A stretch of DNA of 40,535 nucleotides from a virus: the IMG/VR virus record IMGVR_UViG_3300031576_000144, positions 1 to 40,535 of that record, one strand, 5' to 3'. The notes beneath the pieces are model-generated. The model was not told where the DNA came from and searched no databases. It worked only from the letters and a program-made list of their open reading frames with translations. Positions 30,096-40,007 of the stretch are shown here, in pieces; the first letter of the stretch is position 1, and each line of letters begins with the position of its first letter. The translations under genes and the position numbers were made by a program.

Positions 30096-32669
30096 CTATA
30101 TCCATCGGTAACTCTCCCCGCCGTCCGGGAATCCGATGAGGTCCACGAAGAAGGTGCTGTTCGGCGTGAACCCCATCGATGCCGAGACCGTGATGGTGAC
30201 CCCGGTGATATCCGTCACCGTAAGGTCTCCCGAGTCAGAAGAGTAGTCCTCAGTGTGGACTCTGACAAAATTTCCCTCAGTGAACTTCGCCACATCCCCG
30301 GGAGCCACAGTAAACTGCGTCGTCGAGACTCCGGTCGCGACCTGAACGTGTGGACTCCAGAAGACGTGCATAACTTTATAGAGAGCGTTCTCCGTCGGGT
30401 CTGCCCCGGTTGGGTAGGGCGCAATATCAATGACGTAGTCCGCTGGCGGGGAGAACCCCAAGGAGGAGACGTTCAGGAGGTTGTTATTAGATGGGTCGAC
30501 GGAAAGGAGAGTGACGGTTGTAGTCGAGACCCAGTCCTTCGAATGCACGACGACAGGGAGCCCCACATAATTTCGCCACTTCTTGCTCTCATTCCCTGGG
30601 AATACGGCACCGAAGGAGTCCTTGATGATGAGCTGGGTCGGAGTGCTTCCCGTGTCGAGTAGCGAGGATGGGGAGATCGTCGCGAAGCGATCGTTCGAGG
30701 TGGCTCCGACCCCGCCCACCAGCTTCAGAGTGCCCTTCCCGCTGGCGATGTCGAAGGTCTTATCGATCACCTCGAACAGCTGGTCATCCAGGCCGCGTTG
30801 ACCCGTCTTGAAATTCGCGATCTGAAGCACATCAGGGTCATCGAATACGCAGATATCGCCCGCCTCGATGACGCTTCCAACCTCCCAGTTCACCTCGCAG
30901 GGGATGGTCAGCGCCCCGCGCTTGTACCGAGAGAGGAGGAAGAACGCGCGCTTCTGGAGCAGGGCTGCCGAGTACCCCCCGTAGACCCCGCGGGCTTCGA
31001 TCTGCAGTGTACTTGTGAGTCCGATCCCTCCGTCCTGCGGGTCCTGGATGCTGTCAATATCAGCCAGGATCGTCCGCGATCGGGAGGTCCCATCGTCGTC
31101 GAAGTTATAGCTGATCTGGATCTGGTTAAAGAAGGTCCTCGAGTTCAGCGATCGGGATGGTCGGATGCCAGCCGGGTTCAGCAGGTTATCCTTCCCAAGG
31201 AAGAAGACCTGCTGATTCGCGATCGGCGGCGAGTGGTAGCCGCAGGAGATCTTCCCACGACGCGAAAGGGAGTAGGCGCCGACCGGGAGGTAGACCTGCT
31301 TCTCGAGCCAGTCCTTGCCGGAGGTCTGCGTCTCTGTGAGGAAGAAGATCAGGTCATTCCCGGCGCTCCCTAAAAAAGTGTTCTTCACATATAGGTGACG
31401 AACGACGTCGACATCCTTGGGGTTCAGCCGCAATCCGGCACCTACCGGGAGAACGTCGTACTGGGATCGGAACGATACGGTCGCCGGCGTTGCCTGCTCC
31501 TTCGTGAGGAGATCCGTTGGCATCGCGTAGATCAGTCGGTTCGTCTGCCCATCCTGATCTCCGAATCGGGAGATCCGGAAATAAACCCCATTGTTCCCAC
31601 CGAACGAGCTCCCAGTCAGGATGAAGAAGTCCCCCTCCACCAGGCCGTAGTCCTTCACCGCATCCACAAAGTTCGGCAGCGTGATGAGCTGCGTGGTCGT
31701 AACGAATGGAGCAGGGTCGGGATCGGGACCGATCGCGAGCAGCGGCTCCTCCGAGATCCACGGGCCGTCCCACCCCGACAGCATGACCTGAAGGGCCATG
31801 TCGATCGCGTTCTGCGGGTTCGTCGCCTCCCCGAGCTGGATACCAGCGACGACGTCCGACCCGTTGACGTGCGCCGCGGCCGTCGTTCCCCGGACCCCCC
31901 GTTGGATCACGGTGAATCGATCGGTGAATGTCGGTGTTGGCTGGCATTCAATCCACTCGTCCTCGATCTTGATATAGCAGTGAGCTTTTGCATCCCCTAC
32001 GCTCGGGTAGAAGTCCCCATCAGGTCCTTCGATCTGGGCGAAGAAGTCCTCGTTCGATACGACGAATATGGTCATGTCCCCAGCGCCCACCGCTACGGTA
32101 ACGGTCGTCGCTCCCATGAAGAAGACCATCTGCCTACGCTTGAGGTTCGGGTCCGAGAGCTGGAACACGACCAGGCCGGCGGGCTCTTCTACTCCGGAGA
32201 TGTACCCGCGGAAGAGCTCGAAGAAGTCCTGCGGGTAGGAGATCTGCGTGAACCCCAGGAACACGCGTACCTCTCGGCCAAGGATCTCGGGGACGATCCC
32301 CCCGCCCGAGGAGATCAGGCGGGTCATGTACTGCTGGTAGTCGATGAAGGCGAGACCCATGATCGAGACCGATGCCTTCCCCTGCTCGGGCTCTAAGCGT
32401 TGGGAGATCGAGAGACTCGAACCCTTCAGGGATAGGATCGGTCTGAAGGTCGAGATCGATCCGTCTAGGTTCTGGATCGAATAGGGCCGGAGCCCCCCAT
32501 AAATGACGCCTGCCCCCCCGTAGATGATCCCAGGATCCCCGTAGAGGATCTGCGTGTTCAGTGTGTTCAGGGTGAGGAGATCTTTAACCCCTTGGATCTG
32601 GACGACCAGGACGGGGTTCTTGCTCTTGCGTGCGTTGAAGTTCGTATAGTTCTGAGGGACATCGCTCAT
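30096..32669 (-). CDS. Large tail tip / host-specificity-like protein (857 aa)
   Basis: Largest ORF of the tail module, downstream of the tape measure and distal tail genes. The assignment rests on position and size. Confidence 0.55.
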   Translation of the reverse strand: MSDVPQNYTNFNARKSKNPVLVVQIQGVKDLLTLNTLNTQILYGDPGIIYGGAGVIYGGLRPYSIQNLDGSISTFRPILSLKGSSLSISQRLEPEQGKASVSIMGLAFIDYQQYMTRLISSGGGIVPEILGREVRVFLGFTQISYPQDFFELFRGYISGVEEPAGLVVFQLSDPNLKRRQMVFFMGATTVTVAVGAGDMTIFVVSNEDFFAQIEGPDGDFYPSVGDAKAHCYIKIEDEWIECQPTPTFTDRFTVIQRGVRGTTAAAHVNGSDVVAGIQLGEATNPQNAIDMALQVMLSGWDGPWISEEPLLAIGPDPDPAPFVTTTQLITLPNFVDAVKDYGLVEGDFFILTGSSFGGNNGVYFRISRFGDQDGQTNRLIYAMPTDLLTKEQATPATVSFRSQYDVLPVGAGLRLNPKDVDVVRHLYVKNTFLGSAGNDLIFFLTETQTSGKDWLEKQVYLPVGAYSLSRRGKISCGYHSPPIANQQVFFLGKDNLLNPAGIRPSRSLNSRTFFNQIQISYNFDDDGTSRSRTILADIDSIQDPQDGGIGLTSTLQIEARGVYGGYSAALLQKRAFFLLSRYKRGALTIPCEVNWEVGSVIEAGDICVFDDPDVLQIANFKTGQRGLDDQLFEVIDKTFDIASGKGTLKLVGGVGATSNDRFATISPSSLLDTGSTPTQLIIKDSFGAVFPGNESKKWRNYVGLPVVVHSKDWVSTTTVTLLSVDPSNNNLLNVSSLGFSPPADYVIDIAPYPTGADPTENALYKVMHVFWSPHVQVATGVSTTQFTVAPGDVAKFTEGNFVRVHTEDYSSDSGDLTVTDITGVTITVSASMGFTPNSTFFVDLIGFPDGGESYRWI

Positions 32670-33026
32670 CTAGTCGGTGATCTCTATGTTGAACTGGGCG
32701 GGGTTCGTGAGCAGGGAAGACGGGATGATGACCATTCCATTATCGAAGTCCCGCAGTCGGACACTGACCACGGACCAGGTGTTTCTAAGTGCAGAATTGG
32801 ACACTCGGAAACAACTGGTGAGAACAGGGAAATCGAAGGTTATCCCGCCAATCTGGAATAGAGTGGCGTCCATCATTCTGAATTCGACCATCGATATATT
32901 CGACTGCTCCTGCATGTAGGGTTCCACACCAGGAAGCCATGCGATTAGATCTGCGAAGTCTAGGGTGATGGTTCCCGACGTCTGTCCTGCTACGAGAGAA
33001 CTCGGGTTACCTGTGAGTATCGCCAT
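32670..33026 (-). CDS. Hypothetical tail protein (118 aa)
   Basis: ORF abutting the next gene (TAG immediately followed by ATG). Confidence 0.6.
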   Translation of the reverse strand: MAILTGNPSSLVAGQTSGTITLDFADLIAWLPGVEPYMQEQSNISMVEFRMMDATLFQIGGITFDFPVLTSCFRVSNSALRNTWSVVSVRLRDFDNGMVIIPSSLLTNPAQFNIEITD

Positions 33027-33036
33027 GAATTCCCCC

Positions 33037-35049
33037 TTAATTTAGAATAGGACGAACGGTCCAGTGGCTCTCTGGATTAGTCCCGCCGCCAGTCGTGTTT
33101 GAAATAATCCCATTAACGGTCCCTGAGACTACGTCGACGTACAGGAGCCGGAACGTCTGAATCGATCCACTCGTTACTGCGAACAGTCCGCAGACTCGGA
33201 CTGGCCAGTGGATGATGCTTCTCCTGTTCGCGTTCAGCAGCTGGTGGGTGATGTCGGCCCGCTCGCTGCGGAACAGGATCGTCTGACTGGTGTTCGTCGT
33301 CTGAGCTATTTCGAAGTTCACTCCTGCGTTACCAAGAGAGATATTGCTCCCGATATCGATGTCCCAGCTGGTGAGGTTGCAGACCTCGACGTTCCCGCTC
33401 GTGGGAGGAGTGAAAGCTATTCCAATCTGCTCACTCCCTGCAGCGCAGGTCGTACCCGTCGATGGGTTCGTGCTCGAGCAGGAGATCTTCGCGGTGAGTG
33501 GCACGCCGAAGTTGCCAGGATTATTAGTCAGGGTGAGGGCCCCTGACTCGATCGGGGTGTAAACGGTAACATTCGCCCCAGTGTTAATATTGATATCGGC
33601 TCCGGTGATGTAGGAGTCGACGAACCAACGCTCATCCAGAGCTGGTCGCAGGGATACCTCTGTAGGGGCGGTCGCCCAGGTCCCGGCTGTGGCTTCACTG
33701 ATATTGATCCGCAGTAAAAGTCGGATCGGGACGTTACTTCTGGCCGTCGTCGAGTACAGGACGTTGTTCGAGTCCGCTGCTCCGGCTCCGCCCTCGGCCG
33801 TAGTGCTGTGAAGCGACCCCTCGTCGAACTTAGATTGTGAGACGGCGATTTCTACCGCTCCGGCGTTATCCAGAGCGTACATGTACATATACCCAGAAAT
33901 AGCGCTCGTCATCCCCAGGGTAGATCCGGAGCTGATGACGACGCTCAGAGCGGCGGTCACATTGCGTTGGTTGAACGCCCCGCTCGTTGCCGTGCTGCTG
34001 CGGAACCCGATCCTGCATGGTTGTCCTGACGTGCAGTCCGTAGACCCATCGGGTTGCTTCAAGCTGAATGTCAGCGCGTTCGCCGCTACGGTGACGCTCA
34101 CGCCGATATTCGAGATCTCATAGGACTGCGTCGACAGTGTGGCCGAGGGAGCTGTGAATGTCCCGCCGGCGTTGAGGAACTTCCCTGCCGCGAAGTCCCC
34201 AGCGCCAGGCGCGGGGACGAGTCCTTTCGTCCCACCCGCCCCGGAATCCCCGACCATATTGTCAAGGATCGCCGTAGCCTGCGTTGCACTGAGGTCTGTC
34301 GGATCGCCGGTCCCTGCGCCTACGGCCCGGCCCTTAATAGTACTCTGAGCCATGTTCGCGAGCTTCGAGTTCGTCACCGCATCTGCTGCTATTGTTACTA
34401 CAGCTGCCGAATCCATCGTGATATCCCCGGAGGGAAGGAGCCACGCGGGAAGGGCAGATATAGCCCCGGTTCCGGTCTGGACCAGGATCTTCGCAGAGCT
34501 CGATGTGTTGCCTGCTACTCTGACGTTCCCGCTGCTGTAGCTCAGGAGGTCGCCCAGGGTTGTCAGCGGAGAGAGGGCACTGAAGGCGTCCGATGCGTTT
34601 GTGCTCCCTGTGCCCCCCCGAGCGATTGGAAGAGTACCGGTCGTACTCGTCGAGAGATTGATCAGAGGGCCGTTGCCTCCGATCCCGTTATGGCTGTGGC
34701 CCGTCGCTGGATCGAAGGCGGTGTCGAGCGCCTTTGTCCGGTTGAAGATGTTATTTGTAGACAGGCCCCAGTAGTTCGTGACCCAGGTGGGGAGAGTATT
34801 AAAGACCTGGTTCGGGGACATCCCCAGGAATGACTCGATCGCGTTCCACTCTCTCTGCGCGTTCGTGATGGCCGTGCCGCTCGCTGGGTTCGCGTTCGTG
34901 AAGGCGAGGACGAATGGGTCGGTGTCATCTCCGTTCTTGAACAGGAAGGCGGCGTTCGTAACTGCGGCATTGACGGGCTGTCCGTTAACAACGCCGGCGG
35001 CCTGGGCGTGGGATCCAAGGAAGATTAGAAGTAGAGGGATCAGCTTCAT
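33037..35049 (-). CDS. Tail fibre protein with an N-terminal Sec-type signal peptide
   Basis: ATG overlaps the upstream stop (ATGA). N-terminus MKLIPLLLIFLGSHAQA|AG. Fibre motifs LPIARGGTGSTNASDAFSAL, SKLANMAQSTIKGR and GTKGLVPAPGAGDFAAGKFLNAGGTFTAP. Confidence 0.7.
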   Translation of the reverse strand: MKLIPLLLIFLGSHAQAAGVVNGQPVNAAVTNAAFLFKNGDDTDPFVLAFTNANPASGTAITNAQREWNAIESFLGMSPNQVFNTLPTWVTNYWGLSTNNIFNRTKALDTAFDPATGHSHNGIGGNGPLINLSTSTTGTLPIARGGTGSTNASDAFSALSPLTTLGDLLSYSSGNVRVAGNTSSSAKILVQTGTGAISALPAWLLPSGDITMDSAAVVTIAADAVTNSKLANMAQSTIKGRAVGAGTGDPTDLSATQATAILDNMVGDSGAGGTKGLVPAPGAGDFAAGKFLNAGGTFTAPSATLSTQSYEISNIGVSVTVAANALTFSLKQPDGSTDCTSGQPCRIGFRSSTATSGAFNQRNVTAALSVVISSGSTLGMTSAISGYMYMYALDNAGAVEIAVSQSKFDEGSLHSTTAEGGAGAADSNNVLYSTTARSNVPIRLLLRINISEATAGTWATAPTEVSLRPALDERWFVDSYITGADININTGANVTVYTPIESGALTLTNNPGNFGVPLTAKISCSSTNPSTGTTCAAGSEQIGIAFTPPTSGNVEVCNLTSWDIDIGSNISLGNAGVNFEIAQTTNTSQTILFRSERADITHQLLNANRRSIIHWPVRVCGLFAVTSGSIQTFRLLYVDVVSGTVNGIISNTTGGGTNPESHWTVRPILN

Positions 35050-35807
35050 ATTGACCTCTGCCTGAACTTCATGAGCGGCGTTTGGTAGTTGAATGGGAAC
35101 TGGGGGATCTGCTCCGTGAGCGTCATGTCCAAGCCCTCGTTTGGGCCCTCGAGCGTTCCCGAGAAGTAGGTGTTCCCCGCGGTGATGTCCGGGGTAAACT
35201 CAAGTTCCCGCTGCTGAATCATCCAATCGACGAGGGGGGACCAGAGCGTGGGGATGTCGGCCTCGGGGATGAACCTAAACTGAGCCTGCCAGAAGTGCTG
35301 AAGGCTGAAAGTGATTGACTCCTTGAGGCCGGAGGCGGCGACATTTAGTGCCCCGAAGTTCTTCTTCATCATCTCAGGCGAGAGGTAGGTGTAGGCGTTA
35401 TAGAACGGGATCAGAGACGTCCCCGTGGTCGTCGCCCCGAGGTAGCTCGTCGCCCCCGTATAATCGGCCGTATTGAACCCGATGATCGACGCCAGGTTGC
35501 TCGGGTTTCCGGTGAGGAAGTAGATGCTCAGGAATGTCCCGTTCGTGGCGATCGTCACCCGGTTCTCCAATCCGGCGGAGTATGTCCGGTCACTCGTTAC
35601 GGAGTAGATCCGCTGCGGATCGGCCGCTGCCATCGCCCGCTCGATCTCAAGACCCAAGGAGGAGAGTGAGTAAAAGCCGAGATTCAGGATGGCCGTGCGT
35701 GATCCGGATCCTGGGATCTCTCCGATGACTGCCCCGAACTCGATATATCGGTTTTCGGAAGTGACCTCGAACCCGTAGAGGAAGAGAGATTTATTCCGAA
35801 GCGCCAT
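35046..35807 (-). CDS. Putative distal tail protein
   Basis: 253-aa ORF immediately after the tape measure gene. Positional inference. Confidence 0.45.
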   Translation of the reverse strand: MALRNKSLFLYGFEVTSENRYIEFGAVIGEIPGSGSRTAILNLGFYSLSSLGLEIERAMAAADPQRIYSVTSDRTYSAGLENRVTIATNGTFLSIYFLTGNPSNLASIIGFNTADYTGATSYLGATTTGTSLIPFYNAYTYLSPEMMKKNFGALNVAASGLKESITFSLQHFWQAQFRFIPEADIPTLWSPLVDWMIQQRELEFTPDITAGNTYFSGTLEGPNEGLDMTLTEQIPQFPFNYQTPLMKFRQRSI

Positions 35808-37814
35808 CTATAGCCCCGATCCCGTACTGGTTTGAACCCGGAAGTCCGTAGCATCGGAGGCTGCTCGGACCTGGTCAACCAGCCATCGCTGCGTCTTCTC
35901 CGTCTCGAATACGTGACCCTGGATGATGAGGTTGACTGACTTCTTCTTCGCCGTCCCGTCGAATTGCGACGCGCTGGCCTCGTCCATCTTCGTCGCCTCA
36001 TGGGCCTTCGCGACCATATCCCCGCCTCCACCGCCTGGCGCTCCGCCGGTACCGCTTCCCTGACCCCCGAGGAAGCCACCCAGGGCGACTAGGGCAGTAC
36101 CAGCCGCGAGCTCCGGAGCGTTGATCGCCGGGAAGCTCTTGAACGAATCGAGGATCATGAACTCGCCCTGCTGGGTCGCGATGTCTCCGAGCATATGGAA
36201 GAATGCATTCTTGAGCTCCTCGGCGACGTTCGCACCCTCCCTGCCGGCGGCCTGGAACCCTTTGACGAGGCTCCCCTGGAATGCCTTCATCGCGGCTCCG
36301 CCTATTCCTCCGGATTTCTTCCAGGCGGTCGAGGACTTCAGGGCGGCGAGCTGTGCCGAGGCGGCCATCTGACTGTTAACACTCTTCGCGTTCGCAAGAC
36401 CGCGGGCCATGGATTGCTCCTGGTGGTGCCTCCGCGTATCCTCCAGGTGCTTCAGCTCGAGGACCTTCTGCTGTTCCATCGTGACTTCGAGCCGGTTCTT
36501 CTGCTCAGGACTAAACTGCTCATCGAGCCGAAGCTGGGCGATCTTGACATTATAGGACTCGGTCAGGAGCTGCTTCTGCCGGTCGAGTGACGCATTCGCT
36601 GCGTCGATCGTATCGGTCTGTTCGGACTGGAGCTTCGCGAGCTTCTGATTCTCCTCGATCTCCTTCGCCTTCATTTCGACCCGGTGCCTCGCGGCTTCTC
36701 GCTGGTCGATCGCGGACTCCTTGCCTTCGGTCGATCCTGGAGCACGGACGGGGCCTGCTTCCGACTGGGATTCTGTCGCCTTCTTCGTGGTCTTATCGAG
36801 CTCGTCCTGAAGGACTTTAAGCTGACGGGTTTTCTCCTCTATTCGCCCTTCGGTGAGACTTGGGAACCACTCCCCACCTTTGAGCTGCTTTTGATCGAGG
36901 TCGATCAGGTCGCCTTTGAGCTGCTGGATCTGTTCTCGTAGTCGATCAATATGCGCCGTTTCCTTCGCTGCTCCCTCACCGAATTTATCCTCTATGTACC
37001 GCTTGAGGTCGTCGGCCATCGCCTTGATCCCCTGAAAGTAGGTCTTCAGGGTGGGGCCGGCGATCTTCTCAAAGGCGAGCGCGAGCGTGTCGCCTACATC
37101 TTTGATCGTGACCTTGATCTGGGTCCAGAGTTTCGTGTTCTCTTTGAGATGGCCGCTCTGCCCTTCGAATGCCTTATTTCCCTGCGCGAGGAGCGCCTCC
37201 AGGATGGCCTGCTGTTTCCCGAACTGGGAGAGCTCTCCGGCGGTGTGGCCGATGGACTCTGCGTAGTCCTTCATGACCTTTCGCTGATCGAGATAGATCC
37301 CATAACTGCGGAGCGCGCGGGTGTTCCCCGTGGCGATCGCAGCGTTCATCCCGGAGAACACTTCCGTTGTGTCCCGCCCCATGATCAACGCCGTCTTGCG
37401 TGAGAGTTCGAGGATCTCGGGCAGTCGCTCGGCGGACTGGCCCAGGCGCAGCATCCCTTCGTTCGCGATCTTCAGGAGCTCGCTCTCGTCGATCAACCCC
37501 TTGCTCGAATCCTTCAGCCCCTGCTTCAGCGCTTCAGATGCGATCCCAGCATTTCGTGCGAGCATCTCAAACTGAGCATCGATGGCCCGGAGCGCCTCCC
37601 CCTCGAAGATCGCATCGATCCCAGACTTGATCGCGAAGACTGCGGTCCCTACAACGCCTACGGCGATCCCGACCTGGGCGAACTTCCCCGCCAGAGCGGC
37701 TATGGACTCAATCTCTCCCAGTCCGTGGAGGGTGTCCTTGAAGTGGAGCGCCTTCTCGAGCGCTTCCTTCGCGTCAAGATCTAGTCGGAATTTTACTTCG
37801 TCATCACCCGCCAT
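35808..37814 (-). CDS. Tail tape measure protein
   Basis: 668 aa, follows the chaperone pair. Long helical protein with a hydrophobic stretch (VGIAVGVVGTAVFAI) and a TMP-core-like segment (LSRKTALIMGRDTTEVFSGMNAAIATGN). Confidence 0.85.
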   Translation of the reverse strand: MAGDDEVKFRLDLDAKEALEKALHFKDTLHGLGEIESIAALAGKFAQVGIAVGVVGTAVFAIKSGIDAIFEGEALRAIDAQFEMLARNAGIASEALKQGLKDSSKGLIDESELLKIANEGMLRLGQSAERLPEILELSRKTALIMGRDTTEVFSGMNAAIATGNTRALRSYGIYLDQRKVMKDYAESIGHTAGELSQFGKQQAILEALLAQGNKAFEGQSGHLKENTKLWTQIKVTIKDVGDTLALAFEKIAGPTLKTYFQGIKAMADDLKRYIEDKFGEGAAKETAHIDRLREQIQQLKGDLIDLDQKQLKGGEWFPSLTEGRIEEKTRQLKVLQDELDKTTKKATESQSEAGPVRAPGSTEGKESAIDQREAARHRVEMKAKEIEENQKLAKLQSEQTDTIDAANASLDRQKQLLTESYNVKIAQLRLDEQFSPEQKNRLEVTMEQQKVLELKHLEDTRRHHQEQSMARGLANAKSVNSQMAASAQLAALKSSTAWKKSGGIGGAAMKAFQGSLVKGFQAAGREGANVAEELKNAFFHMLGDIATQQGEFMILDSFKSFPAINAPELAAGTALVALGGFLGGQGSGTGGAPGGGGGDMVAKAHEATKMDEASASQFDGTAKKKSVNLIIQGHVFETEKTQRWLVDQVRAASDATDFRVQTSTGSGL

Positions 37815-38609
37815 GACCTTCGCCTCGCTTCTTCTGGTCGAACACCGCTTTTAAGGCGTGCCACGCTTCACGACTGCCTGCCTGGAGCTCCGGAACGGGC
37901 CCAGGAGTGCGTCCGGTAGGATTCGCCCTCTCGTCGATCGTAGGCCCTTCCATCCACCCATCCGGAGATCTAAACCGGCCTAAAACAGTCTCCATCCACT
38001 TCGAGTCCCCGGCCGCTACGGAGGCGATCCAGACCTGATCCCGGCGGTCTGATCTCTGAATCTCCCGATTGGCTCGGAGCACCGTGAAGAGCTGGCTGGC
38101 TGGCAGGTCCAGAACCGATCGCGGCAGGCAACTGAATAGCGCGCAGGCTTCAGCCACGATCGGAGCGGCCTGCATCCGTATACGGTCGACTGTTTCAGTC
38201 AGCTGGGCGGTGTGTTTTTTTTTTCTCCCACGGTGCCAGCGCGCGCTTCCTCGGTGCGGCCCTGCACCACATCGATCACGTATTGGAGCAGGGCGGCGAT
38301 CTGCGAGACCTGCATCCGGCGAACCTCTTCGTACCCGATCCCATCGATACAGGTCTCGAATAGATCCGCGTACGCCCGATAGAAGGCGTCCGGATCCTTC
38401 GACGTCGTGGCATTGCCGAACTTCTGAACAACGGCGATCTGGTTCACTACTCTAAAAAACGTCTCCGTCGTGATCGGCTTCACCGCGTAGACCTGGCCCT
38501 GCCAGCGAAAGGTCTGAGGCTTCGCTATCAGGGCGTCCAGGTCCATCATCACCGGGGTATCTGGTGCGTATTTCCGACGGGACGGTTTCAGGTTCAAGAT
38601 ACCCATCAA
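37804..38609 (-). CDS. Tail assembly chaperone, -1 frameshift fusion product (GT-like)
   Basis: The -1 frame is open from the A10 run (38224-38215) through track ORF 37804..38175. The frame arithmetic fits a -1 slip. Lies in the canonical position before the tape measure gene. Confidence 0.65.
38199..38609 (-). CDS. Tail assembly chaperone (G-like, zero-frame product)
   Basis: 136-aa ORF between the major tail and tape measure genes, ending ...VGEKKNTPPS just after the A10 run. Confidence 0.75.
   Translation of the reverse strand: MMGILNLKPSRRKYAPDTPVMMDLDALIAKPQTFRWQGQVYAVKPITTETFFRVVNQIAVVQKFGNATTSKDPDAFYRAYADLFETCIDGIGYEEVRRMQVSQIAALLQYVIDVVQGRTEEARAGTVGEKKNTPPS
38215..38224 (-). promoter_or_regulatory. 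Slippery homopolymer (A10 on the coding strand) for programmed -1 frameshifting
   Basis: The plus strand reads T10. On the minus strand it is G GGA GAA AAA AAA AAC, containing an A AAA AAA heptamer. Confidence 0.7.
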
Positions 38610-39463
38610 GTATAGTTCGCTGCCGTGGTTGCGATCGTGAAGGTGTCGCCGGCGACGAAGTCGATCCCGCCGTCGGTGATCGTGAAGTTGATCGGGTTAG
38701 ACACGAAGTTCGCCGATCCGCCAGGAGCTCCGGCCGTTATCTGCACGATGCCGAGAGGCCCGGAGATGGATCCGGAGACCGACCAGTTCGATTTGTGCGC
38801 CGACGGAGCACCCTGGCAGGTGAGAGTGATCGTCTCTGTCTTCGTCGAGCTGTTCGACACGGTGATCGCAGATACCGTTCCGTTTCCGGTGTTCGCCCCA
38901 GCGACTGCCGCGGCGGCAGATGCAGCGGTCAGACCTGTTGCCGGATCCCCGTAGAACATGTATCTCGCCGGCGTCGTGGTGAAGTCTGGGTATACGTTCC
39001 AGAGTGCCTTCATCTTCCACTGCTCGCTCGGCCCCTGAGTGAGCTCGCTCTTCGCATCGCAGGTGGAGAGGTAGAATAGGAGGTCTGCCGTGAGGTCCCC
39101 GTCCGCGTGTGACAGGGGGTGAAGAATCAGCGGGAGGGCGTGGTCACGATCCGAGTCCCCGAGCTGGGCATCGAAGAAGAATGCGGCTCCGGCACCGACC
39201 AGGTGCCCTTGCGGGAACAGGGTTTCCCACCTGGCCTTATTCAGGAGTTCAGCGATCATCGTCTCTATCGTCACGTCGAATCCGGAGACTCTACGATCGA
39301 TCGGGCTCTCCCCCAGCTGATCCGCCTTGAGCTCGGCCTTCTTCGTCTCAACCTTCACTTTCACGTTGCCCAGGGTCGCCCCGAGATCCACGCCCCCGTG
39401 CTTCACGCGACAGGGGGTCAGTTCGAAGCTTCCAGGGGTGATCGTGCTGAATGAAAGGGTCAT
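38606..39463 (-). CDS. Major tail (tube) protein with a C-terminal Ig-like extension
   Basis: 285 aa, immediately upstream of the chaperone pair. The C-terminal ~90 aa are a Thr/Ser/Gly-rich beta domain (VSAITVSNSSTKTETITLTC...FTITDGG), as in Ig-like decorations of tail tubes. Confidence 0.6.
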   Translation of the reverse strand: MTLSFSTITPGSFELTPCRVKHGGVDLGATLGNVKVKVETKKAELKADQLGESPIDRRVSGFDVTIETMIAELLNKARWETLFPQGHLVGAGAAFFFDAQLGDSDRDHALPLILHPLSHADGDLTADLLFYLSTCDAKSELTQGPSEQWKMKALWNVYPDFTTTPARYMFYGDPATGLTAASAAAAVAGANTGNGTVSAITVSNSSTKTETITLTCQGAPSAHKSNWSVSGSISGPLGIVQITAGAPGGSANFVSNPINFTITDGGIDFVAGDTFTIATTAANYT

Positions 39464-39478
39464 GACTGTCTCCTCGTC

Positions 39479-40006
39479 CTAGAAGGACTGAACTGTTTCC
39501 ACGTCAAAGGTCATACCGACTTCCTTTCGGAAGACCGACGGAGCGCCCGATTCCTTCGGGATGCTCGAATACAGGGGGGAAAATTCGAAGGATTTCACCT
39601 TGAGAAACAGCCTGACCTTCGAATCAGAACTCGTCAAACTGGTCTGGTCCAGGATCTCGTCGATGGCGTCCTGGTAGCGCCAGGTCAGGCGCGTAGCGAG
39701 GTCCTCGGTCTTCTCCTCGATCAGAGCGTGAACGCGGGTGACGACGAAGCAGTGGACATAGTTCGTCCCTCTCTCCTTCCTGAGCTCGCCCGAGTCTACG
39801 ACTGTGAAGATCGCAGGAACCTTGTACCCCTTCGCCCCGGAGTAGTTGAAATAGGACTGCGGCACGGTGGGGTTGACACGGAAGTCTACCCCACCGAAGA
39901 GGGTGTTCCGCTCAGTCTTGATGTCGGCCAGGGTAGCGAAGAAATCCAGCTTCAGCTTCGCGTTGACCAGATCGGGGATGATCTCGGCCAGGTTCTTCGC
40001 GCCCAC
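39479..40006 (-). CDS. Neck / tail terminator-like protein
   Basis: 175-aa ORF directly upstream of the major tail gene. Positional inference only. Confidence 0.4.
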   Translation of the reverse strand: MGAKNLAEIIPDLVNAKLKLDFFATLADIKTERNTLFGGVDFRVNPTVPQSYFNYSGAKGYKVPAIFTVVDSGELRKERGTNYVHCFVVTRVHALIEEKTEDLATRLTWRYQDAIDEILDQTSLTSSDSKVRLFLKVKSFEFSPLYSSIPKESGAPSVFRKEVGMTFDVETVQSF

Positions 40007-40007
40007 G

